Origin: Felis catus
Lineage: Eukaryota
DNA length: 64,000 bases
Assembly: GCF_018350175.1 (NCBI RefSeq)
Contig: NC_058368.1
Span: forward strand, 119,352,001-119,416,000
Reading direction: 5' to 3'
Shown in pieces: positions 24,219-36,514 of this stretch; the stretch's first letter is position 1, and each line of letters starts with the position of its first letter. The notes beneath the pieces are model-generated. The model made no database searches and was not told where the DNA came from. It saw nothing but the letters and a program-made list of their open reading frames with translations. Made by a program: the position numbers and the translations under genes.

Positions 24219-25068
24219 AAAAATGAATTGGCCACATTTGTGTGGACCTATTTATAGACTCTCCATTCTGTTCTACTGATCTGTGTCCCTATTCCTGCAC
24301 CAATCCCACAATATCTTGATTACTGCAGTAGCTTCACGGTTACTGAGCAATTTACAAACTTATGAATCTCCCCTACAAAGTAGAAGTTCTGCAAGGATAG
24401 GAATATGGGCAGAGGTTGAGTCCTTCTGATTTACTACTGTGTGGCACGTGGCAAACGCTGAATAAATTCTTTTGTCAAGTGAATTAAAAAATGAACCTTC
24501 GTGACTGGCTGAATCACACATCTGAATCAGTGATTTTGCTTCCATGGGTCTGTCAAGCCATTGGGAATTTCAAGGAGAGAGCTGAGTAAATATGAGGGCT
24601 CTCAGGAGATGTGAGAGATGGCTATCAGTGAGTTACACTGGGTTTACTTTGCTACTTCTCACCCACCCTCCAAATCTCTTTCCATTGTGTATATGTTTTT
24701 TGTTTGTTTTGTTTTGTTTTGTTTTTGTCCTATGGGGTTTGCAACCTTACTATTAAGGAGGTCTGGGTCAAATTATGCCAAGACCTTAACATGCCCACTT
24801 GGGAGATGATGTGGGTTAAGCTCTTAGCACAGAGACCAGAGCATGGTATGTGTTCAGCAAGTATTAGCCTTAACTATGATTTTTAATCATTAAAAAGTCA
24901 GATTTGAATATTTTACTTGACCCCCTAATTAGTTTATTCGTTCATTCATAAAATATTTATCCATTTACAGATTTGATAGCTTTTAAACTATGATCCAGGA
25001 ATTTTTCTAGGAGCTAAAGATACAACAAATAGGGAAGATATGATCCTTCCCTCAAGAATAAATTATTT

Positions 25069-25258
25069 GGGGCACCTGGTGGCTCAGTCGGTTAAGCATC
25101 CGACTTTGGCTCAGGTCATGATCTCGCAGTTCGTTGGGTTTGAGCCCCAAGTCGGGCTCTGTGTTGACAGCTTCGGATTCTGTGTCTCCTTCTCTCTCTG
25201 CCCCTTTCCTGCTCATACTCTGTCTCTGTCTCTCAAAAATAAATTTAAAAAAAACAAC
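25069..25258 (+). mobile_element. Can-SINE
   Basis: GGGGCACCTGGTGGCTCAGTCGG head, CT tract, A tail. Confidence 0.92.
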
Positions 25259-25605
25259 ATCGGAGAATTAGATGAATGAACATTCCGACCGATTTACTCT
25301 ACATGTCCAAACCTAATGCTCTATGAAGACTTTGACTCATACAGGTTATACATCTGATTTATAAAATCTTTTAAAGAAACTGTGTCCAGAGAGTGACAAA
25401 GTAGATCTGTGCTCATTTTCATACCTGTAACGATTGGTTTGTGATTTCCAAGTATGTAAGAAATATGAAAGAGGCAAGAGCTAACTCTGGAAGGGCTGTT
25501 GAGGGGACCGAGCAGAAATGGATACAGGTGGTCTTCAGAGCTCTTGTAGCTCCAGGATGTGATTGCTGTTTCTTTACCCATTCAAATATGCAGAATGATT
25601 CACTA

Positions 25606-25607
<2 letters not shown>

Positions 25608-25649
<42 letters not shown>
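25608..25649. repeat. (CA)n microsatellite
   Basis: About 21 CA units read directly. Confidence 0.95.
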
Positions 25650-25652
<3 letters not shown>

Positions 25653-27029
25653 CTAACCATAATCCCTAAATGTAATTAATGACTTTGACTTTTATCATGT
25701 CTTCAACTCTCAAAAAATGGGGGGGGGGGGGAAGTATTGAGTGAATATCTTACCATCTGGGGGAAATTATTTTTAAGTCTCACATTAGGTAGCTTAAGGA
25801 AGTCCCCTTATTCAAAACTCCTTGCTCATTCTGCATCATCCAAACTTCCCATACCTGCATCACTGGGTTCACACACACATTCATTAGCCTCCGTAATGGT
25901 CATCTAATAACACAAAGAGGCTCTTCAGTCTCCTGCTTCTGATTCAATCAGGCAGCAAGTAAACACTTGTGATTTCTGTTTTTGTTATCCCCATTGGCCA
26001 GAAAGAAATGGGAGTTATGTACTAGAGGAAGCTAATTAGATATTTTCCTCTTTTCACTATGCCTTGCATCTTGAATACTTTGATTTCAGTTAAACTACAT
26101 CCTTAGCTAATTAACAGCAAAACAATTAAGAAACTGTGTTAGCTGTTGAAAATAAACAGTTTTCCAACAAAACCAACTCATTACACATAGGCAACCATGG
26201 TGTTTGAAACCAATTTCCTGCAAAGACTAATAGCACAAACTGCTTTTTCTGAGTATTTGCCTCAGACATGTATCTAATTCTGTTTACAGTGATAGAAATC
26301 TTCCTGGTAGAACATCCCTCTGATCCTGTAAACTCACAAGAAACATGGCAAACTGACTGATCTACATCATTCCTGTGCACCAAATGGAAACATTCAGCCC
26401 ATCTCATCAGATCCAGGATCAACATACCCATTAAGGTTTCTCACTATCATGGATGTTACACTTTACATACTTTACATAATTTGAAAATAAATCATGTCAT
26501 TTTGGAAGTTTTTACAGATAAACACAGCAATCTTGGGAGCACAGTGCTAATATTTAATCAAGTTCCACACAGTAATACTACTCTGTATAGTGTCTTACTG
26601 TACATACCACTTGTCCTCTTTGTATTACCCCAGAAAAAAAAAAGCCTGACTTTAAATACATACTGGTACACAGAAATTATATATTCAACGTCCCTCACAC
26701 TCAGCCATATTTTCAGCTGGCTGATGTTTAATTTTCAAACTGCATTGGCCAAAACTCCCTCTTTTTATTTGTGGGTATAGGAAGGGCAACTGTCCATTGG
26801 CCATAGATGATGGATAATACCTACTTTGCTGCGAGGAAATTTATGTTAGCCTGCCGTATGCCAGGCACTGAGCCAGGTGCTTGTATGTGATAGGCAGCCA
26901 AAGGCTGACCCAAATAAAAATGACCCCCCACCTAAGGATGAAATCCATATTTACTTCTACGGTCACTCAGTTATTTGGCAGACAACAACTGAACTCCTGT
27001 TCTGTGCTCAGCACTGTATTTGTGTTTAG

Positions 27030-27265
27030 ATAAGGGAAAACAGTAGCTAACAACCATTATGCACTTACTGTATCTTATGCTGTAGTCTTCACATGTATCA
27101 AAGTATTTAATCCTCTGGGAAAATATCCACCTATAGGGTAGGTATGTTCTTGATATCCACTTTGCTGATGAGGAAATGTGGCACAGTAAGGTGCCCAAGG
27201 CCACACTAACAGTGAGTTGTGGGTCTAGGATTTGAATGTGGGCGGTGTGGTTCTACAGCCCACCA
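27030..27265 (-). mobile_element. MIR
   Basis: 'tatccactttgctgatgaggaaatgtggcacag...gcccaaggccacact...ggatttgaa'. Confidence 0.75.
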
Positions 27266-27479
27266 CAGAGTCTAATTGTAGTACAGAGAAGAGAAAAAGC
27301 CAAGTTCCTGTTCTACAAGACCTTAATGTTTATATGGGCAGCCAACATTTACTAACACAACATAAGTAAAAGGTATTTTCAAAGTCGTGTGTGCATAACT
27401 GTGGTTGTGGTTTTTAACACAGTTACGAAGGGATGCGGTATAAGGTGTGGTCAAGTGGGACAGGACAGGTCCTAGAAAG

Positions 27480-27672
27480 CTCCGTAGCAATGAGGGGCAC
27501 AGGCTTCAGAACCAGGGAGTCATGGGTTCAAATGGTGCTCCGCCACCTTTTTATGTCTCACGTCCTCATCTATAATACAGATGCGGGGTGCATGTTCACC
27601 AAGGGCTCTTTTGAAGATCAAATGTAATAATATATGTAAATCCTGGTACACAGTAAACACTCAAAAGATGTT
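27480..27672 (+). mobile_element. MIR
   Basis: 'tgggttcaaatgg...cctcatctataat...gaagatcaaatgtaataatatatgtaaa...tggtacacagtaaacactcaa'. Confidence 0.7.
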
Positions 27673-28910
27673 ATCTCTTCTTGAGGTGGAAGATTGTCAG
27701 ATGGACCTTAGCAATTTTCATGTGTACAGACTGGCACAGAAAAGGCATGCAAGTCGGGGGAGGTGGGCAATATGCACAGAGACTCAAAATTAGAAATAAG
27801 CAGACATTGTCTAACTCAACCTAGTACTCTCCTTTCCTCCTTTTCATTCTTGGCTCCTCACAATCATTCTGGATATCCTGGATCCTCAACAACAAAATTA
27901 AAGACGTGGTGATGATAATACTTATACACATACATACGCACGCACACAGAGCAACAGTAACACACCCAAACCTCTACTTGAGGACTTGACAATTTAATAC
28001 TAACTAAGCCAGACCATGTTTTGCCCAAGCGCCCCTCTAGCAGATACGGAAGCCGTCATGAAAGCCTATATAAAGTGAATTTCAGGTTAGTAATGTTGAG
28101 TAATTCACTGGCTCATTGTGCAAGCTGGTACCCTCATTTTCAGAAAGAATGGAAGCGGTTTCCAGTCCAATTAAGCTATCAGTTGATAGTATTTGTTGAA
28201 TGTTTACTCCATGCGTAATACTGCTATTGGTTCTTTCCTTCTTCCTAGATAATAGGCAGACATTGCAAGACTCTGGTTAATTGCCCATGAATGTGGATTG
28301 TGGAATGCCTAACACAGCAAATACTGGCTGGGACCAGTGAAACAGAATACCTGCTCTCTTAGGTACCTTTTACAAAATGGAACTGGAGGTACAATAGGTA
28401 CATATATTATAGCCATGCCTTCTAAGCAAATGTTTCCCCCATGAGGTTTGATTATTTCAAATGGGTAGAATTTCTTTTATTTTGCTTTTAAATATTTTTC
28501 ATTGTTCTCCAGTGCCCAACTTATGGTAGAAATGGGAGCTTATAATTGCCAGACAAAAAGGATGCAAATGTCACTTAACTTAAGAGAGGATATTTAGCAA
28601 ATATTAATGAGAAACATTTGGGATCTATTTAGGGAAGGCTATAAGCTTCTGATGGAGTCAAGAGTATTGGATACGTTTTCAAATAATATATTTTCTAGGA
28701 ACTGGAGTACACCATTGTGCTGATAGGCTGTCACACCATGTCATCACTTTCTATTAGCCTCAATTATGTAAAATTACAGTATTTGCTATAAGCAACTGGC
28801 ACATTTAAACCCAATTTTTAATGCTGAGATCTCGAATGTGGTTCATTCATGGGACATTTCAACAATGCATTGTGAATGTAGGGAACACTGAATAGAAGAC
28901 AAACTTTAAA

Positions 28911-29111
28911 GGGCAGCTGGGTGGCTTAGTCAGTTGAGCTTGAGACTTGGGCTCAGGTCATGATCTCGTGGTTCTTGAGTTCAAGCCCCGAATGGGGCTC
29001 GCTGCTGTCAGCCTGCCAGTGCAAAGCCTGCTTTGGATTCTCTGTCCCTCTCTCTCTCTCTCTGCCCCTCCCCCACTTGCAACCTCCCCCAAAATAAATA
29101 TTTTTTTTAAA
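28911..29111 (+). mobile_element. Can-SINE
   Basis: Head gggcagctgggtggcttagtcag, CT tract, aataaa tail. Confidence 0.92.
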
Positions 29112-30124
29112 AAGACACATTTTAAGTGAAATGGGAAACAGAGCAGAGGCTCTAGAGTTGGAAGAGATTTTACAGGGCATCCAGCGCAACCTTTTGCATT
29201 AGCCTTTATGCAACGTCTCTCCACAGCACATTATTCAGTTCCTATTATCAAAAGTTTTCCCAGAGTGGGAACTTCTGGTCCTTTCATAAAGTCCCAGAAA
29301 TTGCTTTCACTGAGCTCTACTGAAGAGTATCTTTATAACAACAGTGTTTGTCTTCTTAGACTCAGCTCTGCTTGATGTTGGAGGCCTCGTCCTGAAGAAT
29401 GAACATAAGTACATTGATGTTGATAGAAATACAGAAGAGTGATGATAATAAATAGTGTTTGGTTATAAACACTGTTGGATCCTGTACATGATGGAAAGCA
29501 GGTAGAATTCCTGACTGGGAGCATCTAATCAGATGTGATGAGTTTTGTCTCAAAGAGGTTAAGATTGATGATATGCTATCAATGCTGGAGATTTCCCAAC
29601 GCTTTCTTGATTCTGTGTTGCAAAAACTCAAGTAAATATGTTTGTCTTTAGTTATTTACTTGGAGTGTTCAACATGATTGATATTTTTGCCACATACAGA
29701 ACAGAGCTGAAGCCACTACGACCCAGCTTGATACTTCTTAGGCTTTCAGTAGGAATCAATTAACATGTTTATTATCCTCAGATTTAAAATCAAATTATAA
29801 CTTGAACCATTCCTGTTCAACTGCTCTTCAGGTGAAGAGCCACCGTGCAGACCAACCACTCTTCACATTTTCTGGAGAAATCAAGCTCTAGATTGACTGG
29901 GTATATCAAAGCACACAATTTCCTTTGCACAGAACTCAGAGATAGCCACTAATGCCCAAGAAAGGGAACATTCAGGGTGAGAAGGGCTTTAATGTCAGAC
30001 CCATCTTGGGTTAGGGCACAGTCACTGGGTGACCTGAGTCTCATTTTCCTTATCTTGGAGTCCCATTCTTACGGAGTAGTGATACCTAAATACATTCAGG
30101 TATGTGAAGGGCACATAGTAAGCC

Positions 30125-30390
30125 ACAGAGTGTAGTTGGTAGGAGTGATGAAGGCACACAGACTGGGTTTCTATTCTCACACCTGCCACTTACTAGGATC
30201 TCACTCTTAACTTATTATTCAGCTTCTGTGTACCTCAGTTTCCGCCTCTGGAAAAGGGGTTGCACAATAGTAACCACTTCAAAGACTGTTGTGAGGACTG
30301 AACCCTAGTAAGTGGGAAATTCATGAAAAGCATGTACATACTTTTTGTAAGTCCCCAAAGTGCCTGGCCCAGGGCTGGGCACAGAATTAC
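30125..30390 (+). mobile_element. MIR
   Basis: 'ctgccacttactagg...ctgtgtacctcagtttccgcctctggaaaagggg...gttgtgaggactgaa'. Confidence 0.8.
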
Positions 30391-30899
30391 TTCTTCAGTG
30401 AGTGGCTGATACATCGAATGCACCAAGATTCTGGGCTGAGATTTCTCTTGCATATGTCCATGAGGAATGTCAATGGGAAGACATGTAAGGGATGGGAGTA
30501 GAGGGGCAGGTGGGGACATCTTCACTTCTCGTGTTCTTTCGTATCTTCTGTGAAGGATGACATTGTATGCTGGCGTCAGGCTGTTGCTTCACCACCGGTG
30601 ATAGCCCTTTATGTTATACTCACATAAAACCAAGACCTACTGGTCCATGTTGATACCTAGGATTTCCCCAATTCCATTAAATATTTCCTTCACACCTCAG
30701 CCTCCATGAAAATCGATCCATAGTTTAGGGACTTATTCGTTTTCTCTGTATATCTGGGGCAAAACTCAAAAAGGAAACTGGTGAAATGTAGTGATAAACA
30801 GGCCTGTGATGTCCTATGCTTCCATTTTCCAAAGTGGTCACCCTGCCTCCTAAGTCCCTCAGGAAAGAGAAATTGCTGGTTTCGCAAAATACATTCTGA

Positions 30900-31140
30900 G
30901 GCAGCTTGTGCTCTAGCCTGCAGCTCTAAAAATTAAAGTGATTTGACTTCCAGTCTCAGCTCTGCCACTTTCTAGCATGTGACCTAGGGTGAGCAGCCAC
31001 TTAACCGCCTTAGCTTCATGTCCTTATCTGTCAGATGGGGATACCAGTAGCCACCTCCTGGGATTGTGCAGATTCTCCAAGCAGATGCATACAAAGCATG
31101 GAAAACAACTTGGCATCAAGGTCAACGAATGCCAGTCATC
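30900..31140 (+). mobile_element. MIR
   Basis: 'tctcagctctgccactttctagcatgtgacc...ccacttaacc...cttatctgtcagatggggata'. Confidence 0.75.
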
Positions 31141-31654
31141 ATTATTACCACAGTCATTGGATGCCTTTCTTTTTAGGCTGCTGGAGTAAAAGGTTGTTAA
31201 ACGTTGTCTTAATAGGTTTCTTGCAATCTGATAATTTCCAGTTCATCTTTCTTAAGAATGGTCACCTGTCAGTTAGGCGCGTCTGGAGATCATAGTAAAT
31301 TCATGAGAATACAAGGAGCCACTGCTTCCTGTTATGCCTGAACAGAAAAGAAACACTAACCTCATCCCTACCTGAAAACATGCTCTGGGCAAATGCTTCC
31401 CAAAGGAGATTTAGGACAGGACAGAGCAGTAAGAAGCAGGGGTGTGCAATCAGGCTGAAACTCTGGCGCCCACCTCCTGCAGGACTACGCATGAAACTGT
31501 CTCTTATGAGCCCCATCTGGTACTAATCAGCCCATTTCCTGTCCCTTGAGTGCTCATGTACAGTGTGAGCACTGTATGAATTTATGCTTGCATACCACTC
31601 TTTGCATGAGTCTGTCTTTTTAAAAGAGGGGCCTCTGTCTTCTGTATATCCTCA

Positions 31655-31840
31655 TGGAGATTGAGAGCAATGACTCTGGAGTCAATTAGATAGGAGTTCG
31701 AATACCCACTGTACCCCTTACCATCTAGGTTACCCAAAATCTTGGAACTTGACTTTTCTCATTGGTGAAATAGGAATGTAACATGTGTAAAAGGCTTAGT
31801 ACAGGGTTGGCACATAATAAACACTCAATAAATATTAACT
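31655..31840 (+). mobile_element. MIR
   Basis: 'gagagcaatgactctggagtca...gttcgaatacc...tggcacataataaacactcaataaatattaact'. Confidence 0.75.
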
Positions 31841-32165
31841 CTATCCTGAGTGCCTGCTTCATAAATTATGGTAGTGGACAGACTAAAAAAGTGGTTATAA
31901 CAATGTTTCTCTTTGGGTATCTGGAAAATCTACTGTCAGTTGTGATGACATCATTCTTTCTTGTAACATATAAACCAAGAAAAACTCTCCCCCACTATCC
32001 TTACATATAACCATAATGTATTAGCATCTATGTAGAATAATCTGATTCTGAAACTCCAAAGCCACTTTAGCTCTTTGGAACAATCTCATAATCCCTTAAT
32101 TTTATAAAATAACTCTTTTACTTATTTTATTTTATTATTTTATTTATTATTATTATTTTTTTTTT

Positions 32166-32502
32166 AAAGAAAGGCAGACTGCCACATGCAGCATCCTTTT
32201 GGATGTGTCTGGAGCCTTGGAAGCCTGACTACCCTATGTTCTCCTACAAATGGACCTGGAGAACCAGTTTGGAGGTTCTAGTAGGGGAGCACAGCTACAC
32301 GTATATCCTTGGCTAAAGAACGGGCTTCATCTATTGGGGAAGGCCATTCTCTGCCATGAAGCATGAGCACACAGCTTGGGGAAGGGCATACATGGAGCAG
32401 TGAGGGAGGAAGGGGACATCTGCCTAGCCAGCCAGATCAGCCAAAACCACTCTGGCGATCAATGGGGTGACACATGTTGCAGCCAGATTGCCCTCACATT
32501 CC
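32166..32502 (-). pseudogene. RN7SK: 7SK snRNA retropseudogene (full length, A-tailed)
   Basis: Reverse complement reads GGAATGTGAGGGCAATCTGGCTGCAACATGTGTCACCCCATTGATCGCCAG...GCTGATCTGGCTGGCTAGGC...GGTCCATTTGTAGGAGAAC...GCTGCATGTGGCAGTCTGCCTTTCTTT, collinear with the whole 7SK; degenerate poly(A) tail at 32120-32165; many CpG-decay changes. Confidence 0.95.
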
Positions 32503-33234
32503 CTCTCTTTTGTCTTTTAGACAAAACCAAGAACAACTCCAAAGCAGCCCCCCCGCCCTTAGGAAACCAACAAAGGTATGGAGGTAAATACGATCAGCAA
32601 AAGGAACTCCAAATGTTATTTTAAGACTTTTTTGTGTGAGCAAACTAAGTTATTTTCTTAAGTGAAATAGATGCCTTGATTTTAGATCCTACCACTACGT
32701 TTTATGTGCCCCCCCCTTCTCTTTCCCATAATGGTTTCTTTATAAACAGTGAGAAAAGTAATTGGTGACAGCCTTTCTTAGCTGCTGAGAAATTTAGGGC
32801 TTTAGAAGAAAGATAGATACATTCTCCACTGGACTGACACATAGCTTTCCTAAATATTTAGAATCCATATGTAAGCATGAAGAACATGTGATTTGAATTT
32901 CAATCAAAGTTCAAATGTTTCCTTACCCATCCTCTTTCTCCAGAGGTAGTCAGATTCATGAGCAGGGGTTGTCTGGGAATCATGGTGGCTCTGAGTTTCA
33001 AGAAATCCTAGAGTGCCCAGACACCTCTCATTGCTCCACTGGTTATAATAGTTAGGGCATTTTGGATTTCTTTATGAGGCTGAAGCGGACTGTCAGCCAC
33101 TTCCCTGAAACTTGCACACACACGGAAGCTCATATACAGTTTTGAATAAACTTCCACAAGTTCTCACTGATACATTTCTAGACTTCTAAGTCATAGAGTC
33201 TGCAGGTTAAGAGCTCCTTGATGAGGCCTGGGCG

Positions 33235-33235
<1 letters not shown>

Positions 33236-33326
<91 letters not shown>

Positions 33327-33345
33327 CTGTCATATATATATATAT
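33236..33345. repeat. Compound (TA)n(CA)n microsatellite followed by a short (TA)n
   Basis: Read directly. Confidence 0.95.
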
Positions 33346-33384
33346 GAAGACCTACTCTTTATGTCTTTTCTAGTTCATATAAGT

Positions 33385-33545
33385 TTCCCCAAACCCTGAG
33401 AGGGGAGTATTATCCCATTTTACAAATGAGGGAATAGGAACTCTGAAATGTAAGCAGTTTGTCCAAGGTCACACAACTGGTAAGTGGCAAAATCAAATTG
33501 TAAAGCTACATTTTTAGGACTCTAAAGCCTCACTTTTAACCGTTT
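33385..33545 (-). mobile_element. MIR
   Basis: 'tattatcccattttacaaatgagg...gtccaaggtcacacaactggtaagtggca'. Confidence 0.8.
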
Positions 33546-33919
33546 TACATTCTACCACCCAGTATATTAAAATCTATTTATATAACAAAGAGACAGCTCC
33601 CAGGCCAGTGCTAAGAACAGAAGAAAAGCTAGACTGTCTCCAGGGGGTACCTAGTCCTGTTTTGTTTCCCACACCAGAGACCAAGAGAGAGATCACTCTA
33701 ACAACTGTCTCCATTGTGCCAACCACAAAAAGCTAAGACCATGTTCAATTGCCTACTGCTTCATAAACAGTACCTCCATACACAGTGAGTTAAAACAACC
33801 TTTTTTTGTTTTTGCTAATAAACTTTGTGGATCAGGAATTTGAGAAGAGTTTGGTTCAGTGACTTATTTCTTCTCTAAAATTGAAAAAGAGTTTAAAATT
33901 TTCTAAATGTGTTTTCCCA

Positions 33920-34190
33920 TTTGAATGAGGTAAAATTGACAAATAAAAATTGTATATATTTAAAATATACAAATATACAATATACAAAATTGTATATATT
34001 TAAAATATATAATATGTGGTAAAAGGATTACCACAATCAAGCTAACACATCTATCACCTCACATACTGTGTGTGTGTGTGTGTGTGTGTGTACACATTTG
34101 TGTTGTAAAAACACCTTAGATCTATTCTCTTAGCAACTTTCAAATATACAGGAGACTATAACTAAGCAGAGTCACCATGCTATACAGCTA
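33920..34190 (-). mobile_element. LINE-1 (L1MA-type) 3' end with internal (TG)n, within MLT1-like LTR remnants (about 33740-34280)
   Basis: 'ttaccacaatcaagctaacacatctatcacctcacata...agatctattctcttagcaactttcaaatataca...gtcaccatgctataca'. Confidence 0.75.
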
Positions 34191-34549
34191 TAAAGCTAGG
34201 TTCAAAGAGTTGGGGGGAGTAATGAATTTCTCTTTTAAATGGTTAGATGGGTTACACGATGACCCTCTTGAAGACAAGCTATCCTAGACAGTCTCCTAAT
34301 ACCATTCTCTGCTATCAGCATACATCCAAATGATGATGAATCTTTCACTTTTCTTTTACAGTACAGCTTAGGATAAAGGCTAGAGGAACGCATCAATGTA
34401 AGTAACATTTAATAATCGCTTATTAATAACGCCAGGCCCTGAGCTAAGTGTTCTACATGCATTATTTCATTTAATTCTTGTAACTCCTGAGGTAGGTCTG
34501 ATTGTTCACAATATTTTAGATAAAGAAAATGATGCTTAAAAGTTAAACA

Positions 34550-34758
34550 CTTTTTTAAATCTTAATTAATTTTTGAGAGAGTGAGAGACAGAGTATGTAC
34601 GGGGAAGGAAGAGAGAGAGGGAGACACAGAACCCAAACCAGGCTCCAGGCTCTGAGCTGTCAGCACAGAGCCTGATGCAGGGCTCGAACCCACAAACCTT
34701 GAGACCATGACCCAAGCCAAAGTTGGACGTTTAACTGACTGAGCCACTCAGGTGCCCC
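34550..34758 (-). mobile_element. Can-SINE inserted in a MIR (about 34410-34810)
   Basis: Perfect TSD aaaagttaaaca (34538-34549 / 34759-34770). Confidence 0.95.
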
Positions 34759-35514
34759 AAAAGTTAAACAATTTACTCAATGGCTCACCTGAGCCCCAAA
34801 GTTTATGCCTCTAGTCAGTACACAAATCAGGTTACGGTTTATGGGGAAGGTGAGACCCACGGTTAAGGCTAAAGAAGTTGGCAGGCAAATTTGTATAAGT
34901 TGGTGGGAGGGAGACAAGAAGGCAACAACATGAGTAGAGGCAGAGAAGTTTGGACTGACCCATTGGATCATCAAAAAGTTGGACTTTTTGAACTTGTTGG
35001 GCTGGAATTGGACAGACTACCAAGAGGCAGGTTCTGGTGGCCATGAAAACCAAGTCAAAGAGCCTGATTCATTAACATAGGAGGGCCCATTCACTCCAGA
35101 GGAAGCCCTTATATCCAAGATGCAGGACCTCAATGGTCAGATTTGCTTTTCTTTAACAGAGTTTCAGACATCTCAGTTCCCAGCCATAACTCACATTAAG
35201 AGTGGAAGGAAAGTTCACAGCAATCAATGAGTAGGATCAAACAATGGCCCATTTCCACTCCAGAGAAGGATTCCCTTGTGTGTGTGAAAAAACTCCATTC
35301 CTCCTTTTTCTCAGAATTGGCAACATTTAGGAGAGCAGAGGGAATTGCTAACTGTTGAGGAAATGTCTAAATCAATTCCTCAACTTTGACCCAACTATAA
35401 GAAGTTGTAAGGCAGTATCCTAGGTAAACATTTGGTCAACTGAATTCTTGTAAAAATTCAAGATGAGGCTGTCTTGATACATGACTTTGCAATGTAAAGT
35501 TTCACTCCCTTGGT

Positions 35515-35760
35515 ACAGTACAATAGTTAAGAACACTGGCTTCAGAGGCAGACTGACCTGGGTTTGAGTCTAGCTCCACTGCTTACTAACTAGGTAAATT
35601 TGGGACCAGTTATTTACCTCTTAGAGCCTTACATGACTCATTTAAAAATTAGAAGGACAAAACCTAGAAGAAGCAGTGAGGATTTCATGAGACAATGCAT
35701 GAGAAGTACCCACACAGGGCCTGGCTTACAGAAAATATTCCATGCATATTAGCTATCTAT
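35515..35760 (+). mobile_element. Near full-length MIR
   Basis: 'gttaagaacactggcttcagaggcagactgacctgggtttgagtctagctccactgcttactaact...gtgaggatttcatgagacaatgcat'. Confidence 0.85.
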
Positions 35761-36352
35761 GTTGGGTCTCAGTTTCCCAATCTTGATCTGGGGGTCAGTT
35801 GGGTCTGATCTATTTTGTTTGGTCTCAGTCTTGATCTGACTTCAGAGTCTTGCACTTGCCCCACTGCTTAGGGCTAGGAATGGGAGTGGTGCAGTCAAGT
35901 CTACGGTTACAGTCATGAGACTCAGAGCCATCTGAAAAGTCAGTCTCCTCATTAACCAAAAACAGGGTGCAGGAGAAGGTTGAGTCAAACCTCCTATACT
36001 CACTGTATTAACGTAATACTAGAGGATATGATAGTATCTCCCTCACGAGGCTATTTTGTTAAATATATAAATGTTAAATATATAAATCACACAACAATAC
36101 TAGGTATATGCAATACTGTCATATAGTAAATGGTGTTTATGTATCATCTATTATCATGTCTTCAAGTATTTGTTGAGTGGTTTCTATGTGGCAAGTACTA
36201 TTCTTGGGGCTTCTTTAGGACAGAAGGGCACAGAGGTCTAACTCCTGTCACATATCCAAGACTTGCCAGCTGTCATCCTAGCAAGTGATTAAAAGTATTG
36301 ACTAGCGCATGGTGTCTGCTTCTGAAAGTTCCATAACAATATCTAAGTTTCT

Positions 36353-36514
36353 TTTTTTTATGAAATTTATTGCCAAATCGGTTTCAATACCCAGGGCTCA
36401 TCCCAACAGGTGCCCTCCTCAATGCCCATCACACACTTTCCCTTGCCTTGCACCCCCCATCAACCCTCAGTTTTATTCTCAGTTTTTAAGAGTCTCTTAT
36501 GATTTGGCTCCCTT
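36353..36514 (-). mobile_element. Short 5'-truncated carnivore LINE-1 3' end
   Basis: Poly(T) plus 'caatgcccatcac...caaccctcagtt...aagagtctcttatg'; perfect 15-bp TSD aatatctaagtttct (36338-36352 / 36515-36529). Confidence 0.93.

Larger units (their letters stand above)
22170..24330 (-). mobile_element. Old LINE-1 (L1M-type) antisense segment carrying several nested insertions
   Basis: 'ccattgtatggatgtaccacaatctgtttatccatt', 'catcctcaccagcacttggtat', 'tgcattttccctaatggctaataatgtt', 'tctccattctgttctactgatctgtgtccctatt'. Confidence 0.85.

Noticed and set aside
28029..28043. CTCF-like gcgcccctctagcag
   Set aside because: An extra base breaks the core spacing; weak match
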